The notes: generated from the letters alone by a model not told the origin. Positions 1-10,776 are shown, counted from the stretch's first letter. The stretch is DNA of 39,854 nt from Aggregatilineales bacterium (GCA_038214955.1 JBBQRJ010000001.1:1-39854); one strand, 5' to 3'. Numbers and translations: made by a program.

Positions 1-1
1 G

Positions 2-390
2 ATAGAGAGGGGTTCAACGAGTGCTAATCGACGCTCAAGGAAATCCCATCCGAGGTGGAACAGACTCAAATCACGCCGGTCAGAGCGGTGAACCTCGTTC
101 GTGAGCTGGTAGGTGATGACATGTTCGTCCAGCGCGATCAACCACAGGTAGAGCAGGCAAACGGCGAGGGTCAAGCGGGACAGGCGGAGAAAATGGCGCA
201 AATGGCTGGACTCGAGTTCAAAACCATGCTTTTTCATGTCGCCAAACATCTCCTCAATCCACATGCGCCGACGGTAGAGACGCAGCACCGCACGTGGGTC
301 AAGCAAATAGGTCGCCAAATACTAGGGTTTGGCTTTGCCAACTTGCCAGAACAAGACCAGATGGGTGGGATAGGGGCTGGTTTGGGTTAA
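2..390 (-). pseudogene. IS4-family (DDE) transposase C-terminal fragment, inactivated
   Basis: Manual minus-strand translation gives ...FWQVGKAKP*YLAT...LYRRRMWIEEMFGDMKKHGFELESSHL..., containing the IS4 Y-x2-R-x3-E-x6-K signature. In-frame TAG at 322-324 (likely a former TGG). Confidence 0.8.
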
Positions 391-397
391 CAGCAAG

Positions 398-673
398 CTG
401 TGGGGGCTACTTTGAGTATCTGAGGGGAAAACTGCATTTTACGCTGTCCGTCGATAGTCGTGATGCAGTCCGCCGAGTACGGGAAACGCGGTGATTTGCC
501 CGCTTGGTGCTGGCGCAGAACCTAGGCTCGTCGAAGGAATTGGCACCTGTCCAGAGATGCCTTGATGCGGTCGCGCAATGTTGAAATAGACAACAAACTC
601 TTTGATCACACGGTGCAAGTGACGCTCGTTCAGAACGATGATGTGATCCAAACATTCGCGGCGTACACTCCCT
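398..673 (-). mobile_element. Integrase-core (rve) IS remnant: C-terminus plus right end
   Basis: Minus strand encodes GSVRRECLDHIIVLNERHLHRVIKEFVVYFNIARPHQGI...PVLGGLHHDYRRTA*, a typical C-terminus of rve-type transposases. The terminal motif at 398-458 is repeated at 6709 and 6781. Confidence 0.8.
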
Positions 674-887
674 CGAAAGCGTTCACACGCAGCATCAACG
701 GGGCGATGCTCGCCGTCGATTCATCGTAAATAAAGCTATTAGTATTAACTTTTGGAAGAGTTAAACTTATATGAAAATACGAGGTTAATTCGCCCTTAAT
801 GGTAAATTGCGCCAACTTTTCATATAATGGTCTCTTTAATTCCAGAATGTATTGTCAATTGAATAGTCTATGAGGTGATGGATACTG

Positions 888-3263
888 GTGGTATCGCTTA
901 TTGTTGCCGTATTCGCTCCCGCAATTGCGGCGCTGCTGCTGCTAACGCCGCTTCGCAAACGTCCATCGTGGGTTGCACTTGTCCCCGGCGGCTTGTTCCT
1001 GTATTTTCTCGCGCAAATTGGCATTCCTTCACAGTTTTTTGTCCCGTGGGTGCCATCTTTGGGCGTAAATCTGAGCTTCCAGCTTGATGGGTTAGCGCTG
1101 TTGTTCACCTTGATCATCACAGGGATCGGGACACTTGTTTTGCTCTATACCAGCGCCTACTTTGATGAGCGCGAAGATGCTGCCCGTTTTAGCGCGTATA
1201 CGTTGATCTTCATGACGGCGATGCTCGGTATCGTCACCAGTGCCAACTTGATCCTGATATTTGTTTTCTGGGAGATCACGAGCCTAACGTCGTATCTGCT
1301 CATCGGGTTTAACCATGATGATGAGGCTGCGCGAAGCGGGGCGCGTCGGGCGTTGATCGTCACAGGGGGTGGCGGACTCGCGTTGATGGCGGGACTGCTG
1401 CTGCTAGGGTTGATCGGCGGTTCGTTCGAGATGACAGAACTGCTTGGTCAAGGGGAAGCCATTCGCGGACATAGCCTTTATACCCCGATGCTGCTGCTGA
1501 TTCTGGCGGGGGCATTTACCAAAAGCGCCCAGTATCCGTTTCATTTCTGGCTTCCGGGCGCGATGGCAGCGCCAACCCCCGCCAGCACCTATTTGCACTC
1601 TGCAACGATGGTCAAGGCGGGCGTATTTCTGCTGGCACGCTTGAGCGGTTTGCTCAACGATACGCCTTTATGGGAAGGGTCGCTGCTCATTGTCGGGCTG
1701 GTCACGTTCATTTATGGTGGACTGGTGGCACTGCGCCAAACCGACCTGAAAGCCATTCTCGCCTACAGCACGGTAAGCTGGTTGGGTGCTTTGGTCGCGG
1801 TGCAAAGTTCAAACAGCGAATACGCGGCTGTCGCGTTTGCGGTGGGCGTGCTGGCGCACGCACTGTATAAAGCGGCGCTGTTCCTGACAGCGGGCAGCGT
1901 GGATCACGGCGTCGGCACCCGTGACATTCGACAGTTGGGCGGCTTGTTCCGCGTCATGCCGTTCACTTTTGCTGGCGCGTTGATCGCCGTGATCAGTATG
2001 GCGGGGATTCCGCCTCTGTTGGGCTTCCTGTCGAAAGAACTGCTCAAGGCGGCGTCGTTGTATGAGGGTCAACCGGATGCCTTTCTGGTGATCTTTCCCG
2101 TCGCGGCGGTGATCGGGTCGGCGCTCACGGTGACGGTGGCGCTGCGTTTTCTATGGGATACATTCATCCGTCAGCCAGCGGCAGACGCGCATCATCACGC
2201 GCATGAAGTAAGTCCACTGATGTGGATCGGGGCGCTCGTACTCGGTGTACTTACGCTTTTGCTGCCGCTTACGCTCAGTACAAGTCTCGACCCGCTGATC
2301 GGATCAGCAGTCGATGCGATTCGCCATGAACATAGCGAAATCCATCTGCATCTGTTCGAGGGGATCACGGTGCCTCTGATCATGAGCGTGATCTCGATCA
2401 CACTCGGCATTATTTTGTTCTTTGCCCGAACGCGACTGATCGCATTCTTACTACGGCTGCCTGAATTGAATCCAACAGTGGTTTATCAATGGCTGTTCTA
2501 TCGTGCCTTGCCCGATGGCGCGGCGTGGATGACCACACGGTTGCAAAACGGGCGTTTGCATTTCTACCTGCTGGTTGTGATGGGATCGGTCATTTTCCTC
2601 ACTGGGGCGTTACTGCTGCTAGGGCAAGTCAATCTGATCAACGAAGAAAGTTTCATGAACTTTGACCCGATTGCGGCAGTCGTATGCGTTCTGCTGATAG
2701 CGGGGGCGATCACAGGGGTTGTTGTTCCCACGCGCTTAAGTGCTATCGCTATTCTAGGGATTGAGGGCGCACTGCTGTCGCTGTTGTTCGCATTGTTTGG
2801 TGCGCCCGATCTCGCCTTCACCCAACTGATGATCGAAGCGGTGACGCTTGTGCTGTTCGTGCTGGCGTTCCATTTCTTGCCGAATACGTTCGATACCAAA
2901 CTGAGCCGTGTCACCGCTGGCATTGACATTTTGTTTGCCGCCGCCGCCGGACTTACTGTGACGATCCTCATTTTAGCGGCGAACGCAAACACCATTGGCG
3001 AGTCGATCAGCGGTTGGTATCTGGAAAATGCCGAATCCGTCGGGCATGGACATAATGTTGTCAACGTAATCCTTGTCGATTTTCGCGGATTGGATACACA
3101 GGGTGAAATTGTCGTCTTGATCATCGCTGCGATTGGCGTGACGGCACTGCTGCGGTTGCGCCCGTCGGATCAAGCACGGGGTAAACATTTAACCTTAGAA
3201 GTAGAAAAAGTCATCCTGCCGCCTGTAGAGGCAGATGTGAGTATCAAAGTGGAGGAGTCATGA
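888..3263 (+). CDS. mrpA: Na+/H+ antiporter subunit A (MrpA/MnhA)
   Basis: 791-aa polytopic membrane protein with NuoL/MrpA motifs ([40 protein letters not shown]) and C-terminal [26 protein letters not shown] precedes the GTG start. Confidence 0.95.
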   Translation: MVSLIVAVFAPAIAALLLLTPLRKRPSWVALVPGGLFLYFLAQIGIPSQFFVPWVPSLGVNLSFQLDGLALLFTLIITGIGTLVLLYTSAYFDEREDAARFSAYTLIFMTAMLGIVTSANLILIFVFWEITSLTSYLLIGFNHDDEAARSGARRALIVTGGGGLALMAGLLLLGLIGGSFEMTELLGQGEAIRGHSLYTPMLLLILAGAFTKSAQYPFHFWLPGAMAAPTPASTYLHSATMVKAGVFLLARLSGLLNDTPLWEGSLLIVGLVTFIYGGLVALRQTDLKAILAYSTVSWLGALVAVQSSNSEYAAVAFAVGVLAHALYKAALFLTAGSVDHGVGTRDIRQLGGLFRVMPFTFAGALIAVISMAGIPPLLGFLSKELLKAASLYEGQPDAFLVIFPVAAVIGSALTVTVALRFLWDTFIRQPAADAHHHAHEVSPLMWIGALVLGVLTLLLPLTLSTSLDPLIGSAVDAIRHEHSEIHLHLFEGITVPLIMSVISITLGIILFFARTRLIAFLLRLPELNPTVVYQWLFYRALPDGAAWMTTRLQNGRLHFYLLVVMGSVIFLTGALLLLGQVNLINEESFMNFDPIAAVVCVLLIAGAITGVVVPTRLSAIAILGIEGALLSLLFALFGAPDLAFTQLMIEAVTLVLFVLAFHFLPNTFDTKLSRVTAGIDILFAAAAGLTVTILILAANANTIGESISGWYLENAESVGHGHNVVNVILVDFRGLDTQGEIVVLIIAAIGVTALLRLRPSDQARGKHLTLEVEKVILPPVEADVSIKVEES

Positions 3264-3694
3264 CTCAATCGATCTTCTTCCGGTTTTTAGCGCGGCTCAT
3301 GATGCCTGTGCTGATCCTGTTTTCGCTCTTTCTGCTCCTACGCGGGCATAACGCGCCGGGCGGGGGGTTTGTCGGTGGGTTGGTGGGGGCGGGCAGCATC
3401 GTTATGATGACTCTTGCTTATGGCGCGGATGAAGTGCGCCAGCGTCTGCGAATCGATTTTCGCCGCGCTATGTTCTACGGGCTGGGCACTGCACTCATCG
3501 CAGGGTTAATCGGGCTGGTGGTCGGCGCAGCATTCCAAGAGGCTTACTGGTGGACTCCATTCTTTCGAGGCATTGGCAGACTAGAAATCAGTACACCGCT
3601 GTTGTTTGACATTGGTGTGTATATCGTCGTCTTTAGCGTGACTTCAGCGATTGTGATGGACATGGCGGAAGAAGGGGAACGGGAGGATCACTGA
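3260..3694 (+). CDS. mrpB: Na+/H+ antiporter subunit B
   Basis: [16 protein letters not shown] motif and LFDIGVY; ATGA overlap with mrpA. Confidence 0.93.
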   Translation: MTQSIFFRFLARLMMPVLILFSLFLLLRGHNAPGGGFVGGLVGAGSIVMMTLAYGADEVRQRLRIDFRRAMFYGLGTALIAGLIGLVVGAAFQEAYWWTPFFRGIGRLEISTPLLFDIGVYIVVFSVTSAIVMDMAEEGEREDH

Positions 3695-4038
3695 TGCTGA
3701 TCATTTTTGCGATTACGGCGGGTGTGGTGTTCGCCTGTGGTGTTTACTTGATGCTGCGCCGCAGCATGGTACGGCTGATCATTGGGTTATCACTGCTCAC
3801 CTACGCCGTAAACCTGCTCATTTTCTCGGTGGACGATTTAAGCACCCGCGCCGCACCGATCATTGATGCCGTTTCCGAAGAACAGATGGCAGACCCACTG
3901 CCACAGGCGCTGATCCTTACGGCAATTGTGATCAGCTTTGGGATGCTGGCGTTCTCGCTCGCGCTGGCGTATCGTGCCAGCCAAGCCGCGCAAACGGATA
4001 ATATCGACGTGCTGCAAAGCACAGATCGGGATATGTAA
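3694..4038 (+). CDS. mrpC: Na+/H+ antiporter subunit C
   Basis: DPLPQALILTAIVISF motif; 114 aa. Confidence 0.95.
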   Translation: MLIIFAITAGVVFACGVYLMLRRSMVRLIIGLSLLTYAVNLLIFSVDDLSTRAAPIIDAVSEEQMADPLPQALILTAIVISFGMLAFSLALAYRASQAAQTDNIDVLQSTDRDM

Positions 4039-4039
4039 C

Positions 4040-5545
4040 ATGCAGCAGTTCATTGTGCTGCCGTTGATCATCCCGCTGTTGATGGCGCTTACTGCCCTGG
4101 CACGGTTGCGCTCGTTTCGCCGCCGCCTCGCGCTGATCGGCGCGCTGGCAAATCTGTTAGCCTGCATTGCGCTGCTGATCATTACTGAAACGGGAAATAT
4201 TCAAGTCTCGCAGATGGGTGGTCATCCTGCGCCTTACGGAATCTCCCTCGTCGTTGACCCATTGAGCGCGATGATGCTGACTATCACGGCGATCATCCTA
4301 TTCACAAGTGTGATCTACTCAAGAACAGCCATCGATGCCAACCGCGAACGGTTTAACTATTACCCATTGCTCGGATGTTTACTGCTTGGCATCAACCTTG
4401 CGTTTATGACGGGCGATCTGTTTACGCTGTATGTTGCTTTCGAGATCATGTTGATGTCGTCGTTCGTTTTGCTCACGCTGGGCGGTGAACGAGGACAGCT
4501 TGAGGGTGGGTTGAAATACGTGATCCTCAACGTAGTTGGATCGACGGTGTTTTTGATTGCAGTGGGATTGACCTATGCAGTCGCTGGAACGCTGAACCTT
4601 GCCGATCTCGCGCAGCGGTTGGCAGGGGTGGTACCAGAATCACGCGACATGACAACGGTTCTCGCGGGGCTGTTTTTGCTTGCGTTCGGAATCAAAGCGG
4701 CGATTTTCCCGCTGTTTTTCTGGCTGCCCGCCTCGTATCACACGCCGCCAATTGCGATCACAGCGCTGTTTGGCGGCTTGCTGACCAAAGTTGGCGTTTA
4801 CTCGATGTGGCGCGTACTCGTGATGGTTTTCCCGAATGAACTTGTCGTGCTGCAACCGCTCCTACTCGCGCTTGCCATGCTCACGATGATCACGGGGGTG
4901 TTGGGGGCAGTGGCGCAAATGGAACTGCGGCGTTTGCTCTCATTTCACATCATCAGCCAGATTGGTTACTTGCTCATGGGGACAGCACTGCTGACGGAAG
5001 CAGGATTAGCAGGCGCTGTCTTTTTCATGATCCATGTCATTCTGGCGAAAACGGCGCTGTTCTACATCAGCGGTATTGTTTATGAAGCGCAAGGCAGCTA
5101 TGACCTTAAGAAATTGGGCGGGATGCGAAAAATGCATCCGGGTGTGGCGCTGTTGTTCTTGCTCGCGGCATTCTCGCTGGCAGGTCTGCCGCCGTTGTCC
5201 GGCTTCTGGGCAAAACTACTGCTGATCCGTGCCGCACTGGAAATCGGACAGTATGGTGTGGTTGCTGTTGCGCTGGTAGTGAGTCTCTTAACGATGTATT
5301 CGATGGTCAAGATATGGAACGAGGCATTCTGGAAACCGCCCGCAGCAGGTCGTGCCGCCGCGATGCTCACGCGTGATGATCGTCGCAGTTTGTTTTTCCC
5401 CGCTTCCGTTCTGGTGATCCTGATCGTCATCGTCGGGCTGTTCGCAGAACCTATGATTCGCCTATCGTCGCAAGCAGCACGCTCGATCATCGAACCTGGC
5501 GTGTACATCGAAAGCGTGCTGGTCGAGAACGGAGACGGTGAATGA
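4040..5545 (+). CDS. mrpD: Na+/H+ antiporter subunit D
   Basis: TGDLFTLYVAFEIML, KAAIFPLFFWLPASY and LLTKVGVY motifs. Start placed at ATG 4040 (MQQF), just after the mrpC stop. Confidence 0.93.
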   Translation: MQQFIVLPLIIPLLMALTALARLRSFRRRLALIGALANLLACIALLIITETGNIQVSQMGGHPAPYGISLVVDPLSAMMLTITAIILFTSVIYSRTAIDANRERFNYYPLLGCLLLGINLAFMTGDLFTLYVAFEIMLMSSFVLLTLGGERGQLEGGLKYVILNVVGSTVFLIAVGLTYAVAGTLNLADLAQRLAGVVPESRDMTTVLAGLFLLAFGIKAAIFPLFFWLPASYHTPPIAITALFGGLLTKVGVYSMWRVLVMVFPNELVVLQPLLLALAMLTMITGVLGAVAQMELRRLLSFHIISQIGYLLMGTALLTEAGLAGAVFFMIHVILAKTALFYISGIVYEAQGSYDLKKLGGMRKMHPGVALLFLLAAFSLAGLPPLSGFWAKLLLIRAALEIGQYGVVAVALVVSLLTMYSMVKIWNEAFWKPPAAGRAAAMLTRDDRRSLFFPASVLVILIVIVGLFAEPMIRLSSQAARSIIEPGVYIESVLVENGDGE

Positions 5546-6018
5546 CGTACTTCTTGGTCAATATCATTCTGGCGTTTCTGTGGGCATCGTTTCAACAGTT
5601 TCGCCCGCTCGATGTCGTGGTCGGTTTTGCCCTTGGATACGGGATCATCTGGCTCACCCGTGATTGGCTTGGTGAAGATGCGAGTCGCTATATCCAGCGC
5701 GTCCCGACGTTTTTGCGATTCTTGGGCTACTACCTGTCCGAATTGACAACATCAACTCTGGACGTAGTGAAAGCCTTATTTCGGGATCAAACGACGCTGC
5801 GTCCAGGGATTGTCGCTTTCCCCCTAGAAGCACAAACAGAACTCGAAATTGTGCTTCTCAATAACTTGTTGGCCTTGACTCCAGGTACGCTGGGTGTCGA
5901 TTTGTCGCCCGATCAAAAAACGCTTTACATCCATTTTCTTGATGTTCCAGATGCGGATTCAGCACGAATGCGAATTCGTAATGGCTTAGAACGGCGCTTG
6001 TTGGAGGTGCTGCGATGA
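5542..6018 (+). CDS. mrpE: Na+/H+ antiporter subunit E
   Basis: LRPGIVAFPL...LTPGTL...LYIH motif; ATGA overlap. Confidence 0.92.
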   Translation: MTYFLVNIILAFLWASFQQFRPLDVVVGFALGYGIIWLTRDWLGEDASRYIQRVPTFLRFLGYYLSELTTSTLDVVKALFRDQTTLRPGIVAFPLEAQTELEIVLLNNLLALTPGTLGVDLSPDQKTLYIHFLDVPDADSARMRIRNGLERRLLEVLR

Positions 6019-6308
6019 CGACTATTCTCATGCTCGTTCAATGGGTGCTGCTGTTGTCGCTGGTCTTGGTCACCGTGCGCTTGCTGCGCGGTCCGTCATT
6101 GGCGGATAGGGCAGTCGCGTCGGATCAATTGGCGCTGCGGGTCGTCGCCCTGATTGTGGTTCACAGTATGGAGTCCGATCAACCCTTCTTGATCGATCTT
6201 GTGATCGTGACGGCTATCGTCGGGTTTCTAAGTTTGGCAGTTATCGGCATCTACATTGAGCGGATCGTTCGCAGCAAAAAGCAAGACGAGCTAGGAGACG
6301 TGCTATGA
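6015..6308 (+). CDS. mrpF: Na+/H+ antiporter subunit F
   Basis: RLLRGPSLADRAVASD motif; 97 aa with three hydrophobic segments. Confidence 0.9.
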   Translation: MTTILMLVQWVLLLSLVLVTVRLLRGPSLADRAVASDQLALRVVALIVVHSMESDQPFLIDLVIVTAIVGFLSLAVIGIYIERIVRSKKQDELGDVL

Positions 6309-6631
6309 ACCTTACAAATCTGGTTATTGGAATTCTGCTCCTGCTCGGGGCGTTGATCATGCTGCTCTCGTCGGTGGGCTTACTCCGCTTTGGCGATGTG
6401 TTTCTCCGAATGCACGCCAGCACGAAAGCAAGTACGCTGGGAATTGGCTTTATCATGGTTGGGGTTGCACTTTATTTTGGAGACGCGCTCTTGACGATCA
6501 AACTCATCGCATTAGCAGTCATCTATTTCTTCACTGCGCCGATAGGTGCCCAAGTGCTGGCGAGTGCGGCTCACATTGCGCGTGTGCCTATGGTCAAAGA
6601 GACGTGGATCGATGAATTGAACGAGCGTTGA
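6305..6631 (+). CDS. mrpG: Na+/H+ antiporter subunit G
   Basis: GLLRFGDVFLRMHASTKASTLG and FTAPIGA motifs. Confidence 0.93.
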   Translation: MNLTNLVIGILLLLGALIMLLSSVGLLRFGDVFLRMHASTKASTLGIGFIMVGVALYFGDALLTIKLIALAVIYFFTAPIGAQVLASAAHIARVPMVKETWIDELNER

Positions 6632-6708
6632 GCAAAGGTCGCACGGCGCGAAAAATACATCTGCAGGGAATCTTCAGGTAGCCTCTCGAAAATACTCGTG
6701 AAGGATAC

Positions 6709-6770
6709 CTGTCGGGGCTAATTTGCGTATCTGAAGGAGAAATTACGTTTTACGCAGCTCGGCGATAGTC
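6709..6770 (-). repeat. Isolated IS right-end copy (degenerate repeat of 398-458)
   Basis: ctgtcggggctaatttgcgtatctgaaggagaaattacgttttacgcagctcggcgatagtc aligns with ctgtgggggctactttgagtatctgaggggaaaactgcattttacgctgtccgtcgatagtc. The minus strand encodes DYRRAA*. Confidence 0.75.
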
Positions 6771-6780
6771 ATATGCAACC

Positions 6781-7327
6781 CTGTGCTGGCTACTTAATGA
6801 ATCTGAGGGAGAAAACCGGGATCAGGCGGTTCGTCGATAGTGGCTGAGAAAACGTTGCTAGGTAACGCCCTGCCGGGCACGTTGTGGGGCAGGGGGAATA
6901 CGGTATCGCTTGAGGACATTCCGTACCGTGTTGGGATCCACGACATGACCCAACTTCAGCAGTTCGCCGCTCATTCTCGAGTACCCCCAACGCGGGTTCT
7001 CCTTCGCCATCTGAACGATCAGCTTCTGCAAGGGGTCCGCTAAGCGAGGACATCCCGGTTTTGCCCGACGGCGGAAGGTCCACTTGCGTCGTACAAGTTC
7101 ACGGTGCCAGCGCAGAACGGTTTCGGGACGAAAGATCAACGAGAGAACCGCGCTGAAAAGACAGCAGTACCAACAGTAGCAAAAGGTTGAGCAGTAGGGA
7201 AACGTCGAACATAAGCACCCAGGACTCGGTAAACTGTGAAATTCAGACTCCGAATCCTATGGGAATGTCCTAGCTGGTCAAATGTGAATTCTCAACGGTT
7301 TATGTGGGCAGTACCTGGGCAGTACCA
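6781..7327 (-). mobile_element. Internally deleted rve-type IS remnant with both imperfect terminal inverted repeats
   Basis: Minus strand encodes IFRPETVLRWHRELVRRKW...MAKENPRWGYSRMSGELLKLG...IPPAPQR (N-terminal HTH region), then T*QRFLSHYRRTA*, running into the right-end motif at 6781. The left end gtactgcccacataa resembles the right end gtgctggctacttaa. Confidence 0.75.
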
Positions 7328-7402
7328 TCGAGGAATTGAGCGCTATTACGGGGAAAACTATGTTCGAATGTGATCTAATCCTTCCCCGGGTTTGTTAATG
7401 GT

Positions 7403-7432
7403 TTGCTTCGCCCCACAAAGTTATACTAGAAT
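7403..7432 (+). promoter_or_regulatory. Putative sigma70 promoter of the kinase/RiPP operon
   Basis: TTGCTT (7403-7408)-N18-TAGAAT (7427-7432), with an overlapping TATACT. GAGGT RBS precedes ATG 7480. Confidence 0.4.
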
Positions 7433-7479
7433 AGAGGGTAGATCACGGAAATTTCATCTTTAATAAATGAGGTTGTTTC

Positions 7480-10400
7480 ATGACACGCAGTACATACCCT
7501 GCAAATATCATTGCGAAACGTTACACCTCGATGAGCAAATTGGGCGCTGGCGGAATGGGCAGCGTGTTTCGTGTGGTTGACCGTTTGACGGGCAACCATG
7601 TAGCGCTAAAGCAGGTGGCAGTCAAAACATCTGCGCTACATATGCAGGATGACCTGTCGATGCATGTTGCGCTCAGTCATGAGTTTCAAACACTGGCGGC
7701 GCTTCGCCATCCGAATGTCATTGGCGTTTTAGATTACGGGTTTGAAAATTTGGCGGACGGCTTACAGCCCTTTTTCACCATGGCGCTGGTTGAGGGCGGG
7801 CGAACACTGCGCGAAGCCAGCCTTAACCGCCCGTTTGACGAAAAGATCAAGCTGCTGGTGCAGGTGCTGCAAGCCCTTGTCTATGTTCACCGACAAAACA
7901 TCATTCATCGTGACCTAAAACCGGAGAATGTGCTGGTCACCCCCAACGACGTAGTGAAGATGCTGGATTTTGGTTTAGCAACCTCATTCGGGGAGACCAA
8001 CAGCGGGGAACTCGTTGGCACGGTCTACTATATGGCGCCTGAACTGTTTTTAGGACACGCCCCCAGCAAAGCCAGCGATTTATATGCTGTCGGGGTCATG
8101 GCGTATGAAATGCTGGTGGGGCAGCATCCCTATGACGCCGACAACAACTTCAAACTCATTCAGAATATGCAGACAAGCGAACCGAACTTTGATCTTGTCG
8201 ATGAGGTGTTCAAAAGTCACTACGCCGACGAAAAAACCTCGACAGCTTCAACATCATCAGAAGAAGTGACGACGGATGTAGTGGGCGGGAAGTCCACGAT
8301 TTTGCTCACGCAGGTCGAACAAAGTCAAGCGAACGAACTGATACGAAGCAACCCCATCTCCTACACGAACTCGCTTAGTTACGTGCTTCGGCGGCTGCTT
8401 TCCAAAGACCCTGCCTATCGCTATAACGATGCACAGGAAACCCTGCATGACCTCAGTCAGATTATCGGTATTGATTTGAATACCTCGATGCTCGGTCTGC
8501 AAGATAGTTTCTTGCACGCTGCCCGTTTTGTCGAGCGGGATGTAGAACTCAATCGGCTGTCGAATGCGCTGGCGCAAGCACGGATGGGACAAACCAGTTT
8601 ATGGTTCATTGGCGGTGAAAGCGGCGTTGGTAAATCGCGCTTGCTCGATGAATTCCGTACCGCTGCCATGATCCAAGGCGCACTGGTACTGCGCGGTCAA
8701 GCTGAGGTGGATGGTGCTAATCCGTATCAAATCTGGCGCGAACCACTGCGCCGTCTGCTGCTGACCATTGATCCTTCCGCGCTCGCCACCGTCGATCTCA
8801 GTGTATTAAAACAGCTTGTGCCGGACCTCGATTCACTGCTCAACTTGACCGTCCCCGACGCTCCTTTGCTCACGGGGGTCGATGGCGAACAACGTTTGAA
8901 CACGGCAGTCCTCAACCTGTTCAAGTCGTATTTTCAGTTCAATGACCCACCCCTGTTGATCATCTTGGAAGATGTGCATTGGGCGACAAAAGCGCTTGAC
9001 CTCGTAACGTTACTCATGTCCAGCAGCAGCAGCCATCCTATGATGCTCGTCGGGAGTTTCCGCGACGATGAAGCGCCCGAACTTCTCAGCCAGTTTCCCC
9101 AATCTCAGCTACTTGTGCTGTCCCGTCTCAGCGAAGATGCAATCCGTATGTTGAGCGAATCCATGCTGGGTGAAAGTGGTAAGAGCCGGCACATTGTCAA
9201 TTTGCTCCAGCAGGAGTCGGAAGGCAATGTCTTCTTCCTGACCGAAATCATCCATGCGCTGGCGGAAGAAGCGGGCGATCTGGCACAGGTGGGGAAAACC
9301 ACGCTGCCCGCACGACTGTTCACAGGGGGTATGAAGCAGATTGTCCAGCGGCGTCTGGATCGCGTGCCGCAAGTGTTTCGTCCGCTGCTGCATCTCGCCG
9401 CTGCCGCCGGACGCCAGCTTGATCTGCGGTTGCTTGCTCAGGTCGCTGGCGAGGTGGATTTTGAAATGTGGATTACCACGTGTGCCAACGCGACGGTCAT
9501 TGCGCTGCGCGATGAACGCTGGCAGTTTGCCCACGACAAACTGCGCGAGCATATTCTGAACAGTTTTACGGACGAGGAAGTCGCCGCCTTACATGAGCAG
9601 TTAGGTACGGCGTTTGAAGTGGTTTACGTAAATGAACTGGAACAACACGCGGCGGCATTGGCATACCACTGGTCATTCACACAGAATCAGGCGAAGAAAG
9701 TGCGCTTTTCCATGTTGGCAGGGGAAGCCGCGATGAAGATCAGCGCGTTTGCCGATGCCCAATCCCATTTTGGGCAAGCCCTCGACTCGTTGAGCGGCAC
9801 ATCTGCCACACGAGGAGAACGCTCCACTGTGCTAACGCGCTTAGGCGATGTTGCAGTCACACTGGGTAGATACGATACGGGGTCAGCATATCTCGATGAA
9901 GCCGTTGCGCTGGCGCGAGGGATCAACGACAGTAAACCGCTGGCAAAGGCGCTGCAAACCTCAGCATGGATTCATCTGCGTCAAGGGGCGATGGAACAAG
10001 CACAAGCCACCCTTGAGGAAGCCTTATCGATTGCCAGCATAGGCGGACATCACGAAGAAACGATGCTGGCATCCTATTTGACCTCTGTGCTGCACGTGAT
10101 CAAGGGGCAGTATGCAGACGCGCAGCGCAGCGCCAACGCCGCGTTACCGTTGGCGATTGCTATGGCGGATCGGGCGCATGAAGCCGATATTCGCAATGTG
10201 TTGGGTGCAATCGAAGAGGGGTTAGGCAATCCGCTGGCTGCATATACGCAGCTCAATACCGCCTACACGATTGCTAAAGAAATCGGTTATCGCTATCTCA
10301 TGGCGAACGCGCTGGGGAATATGGCGCGAACGGCGTATTTTCAAGGCAAACATGAGCAGTCGCTGCGCCAAGCCGAAGAGGTTTTGCAGTTGTTCCGCGA

Positions 10401-10776
10401 GATGGGCAGCATTTACCCTGAAGCGATCATGCTGTACTTCATCGGCTTCAACAAGATCGCGTTGGATCAAGCGTCTGCCTCGTGGAAAGACCTCGTCGCT
10501 TCCCTCAAGATCAGCCGCCAGATTGGTGCGACTCCGATGATATTGATCACACTGACGGGCGTAGTACGTTTATATTTGAAGATTGGACAGCCCGAACAGG
10601 CGGCGGAACTGCTCAGTTTTGTCATCCATCACCCCGATAGCAAACAGGATGTCGATGTGATGCGCGACGCTGAACCGCTTCGAGAAGCAATGGAGCGTCA
10701 GACCGAAGCATGGGAACGGGGTAAAACCCTGCTTCTGGAGTCCGTCGTCGCAGACCTCATCGCCCGTCATGAATAA
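7480..10776 (+). CDS. Hanks-type Ser/Thr protein kinase fused to AAA/STAND-like ATPase and TPR repeats
   Basis: Kinase motifs LGAGGMGSV, VALK, HRDLKPEN, DFG and APE. Walker A GGESGVGKS and Walker B IILEDVHW. Alanine-rich helical TPR-like C-terminus. Stop overlaps the next gene's start. Confidence 0.9.
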   Translation: MTRSTYPANIIAKRYTSMSKLGAGGMGSVFRVVDRLTGNHVALKQVAVKTSALHMQDDLSMHVALSHEFQTLAALRHPNVIGVLDYGFENLADGLQPFFTMALVEGGRTLREASLNRPFDEKIKLLVQVLQALVYVHRQNIIHRDLKPENVLVTPNDVVKMLDFGLATSFGETNSGELVGTVYYMAPELFLGHAPSKASDLYAVGVMAYEMLVGQHPYDADNNFKLIQNMQTSEPNFDLVDEVFKSHYADEKTSTASTSSEEVTTDVVGGKSTILLTQVEQSQANELIRSNPISYTNSLSYVLRRLLSKDPAYRYNDAQETLHDLSQIIGIDLNTSMLGLQDSFLHAARFVERDVELNRLSNALAQARMGQTSLWFIGGESGVGKSRLLDEFRTAAMIQGALVLRGQAEVDGANPYQIWREPLRRLLLTIDPSALATVDLSVLKQLVPDLDSLLNLTVPDAPLLTGVDGEQRLNTAVLNLFKSYFQFNDPPLLIILEDVHWATKALDLVTLLMSSSSSHPMMLVGSFRDDEAPELLSQFPQSQLLVLSRLSEDAIRMLSESMLGESGKSRHIVNLLQQESEGNVFFLTEIIHALAEEAGDLAQVGKTTLPARLFTGGMKQIVQRRLDRVPQVFRPLLHLAAAAGRQLDLRLLAQVAGEVDFEMWITTCANATVIALRDERWQFAHDKLREHILNSFTDEEVAALHEQLGTAFEVVYVNELEQHAAALAYHWSFTQNQAKKVRFSMLAGEAAMKISAFADAQSHFGQALDSLSGTSATRGERSTVLTRLGDVAVTLGRYDTGSAYLDEAVALARGINDSKPLAKALQTSAWIHLRQGAMEQAQATLEEALSIASIGGHHEETMLASYLTSVLHVIKGQYADAQRSANAALPLAIAMADRAHEADIRNVLGAIEEGLGNPLAAYTQLNTAYTIAKEIGYRYLMANALGNMARTAYFQGKHEQSLRQAEEVLQLFREMGSIYPEAIMLYFIGFNKIALDQASASWKDLVASLKISRQIGATPMILITLTGVVRLYLKIGQPEQAAELLSFVIHHPDSKQDVDVMRDAEPLREAMERQTEAWERGKTLLLESVVADLIARHE

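Noticed and set aside
55-390. 111-aa plus-strand ORF
   Set aside because: It is the antisense shadow of the IS4 transposase fragment; the recognisable motif is on the minus strand.
3938-4039. N-terminal extension of the MrpD ORF
   Set aside because: It overlaps mrpC and is not membrane-protein-like; ATG 4040 immediately follows the mrpC stop.
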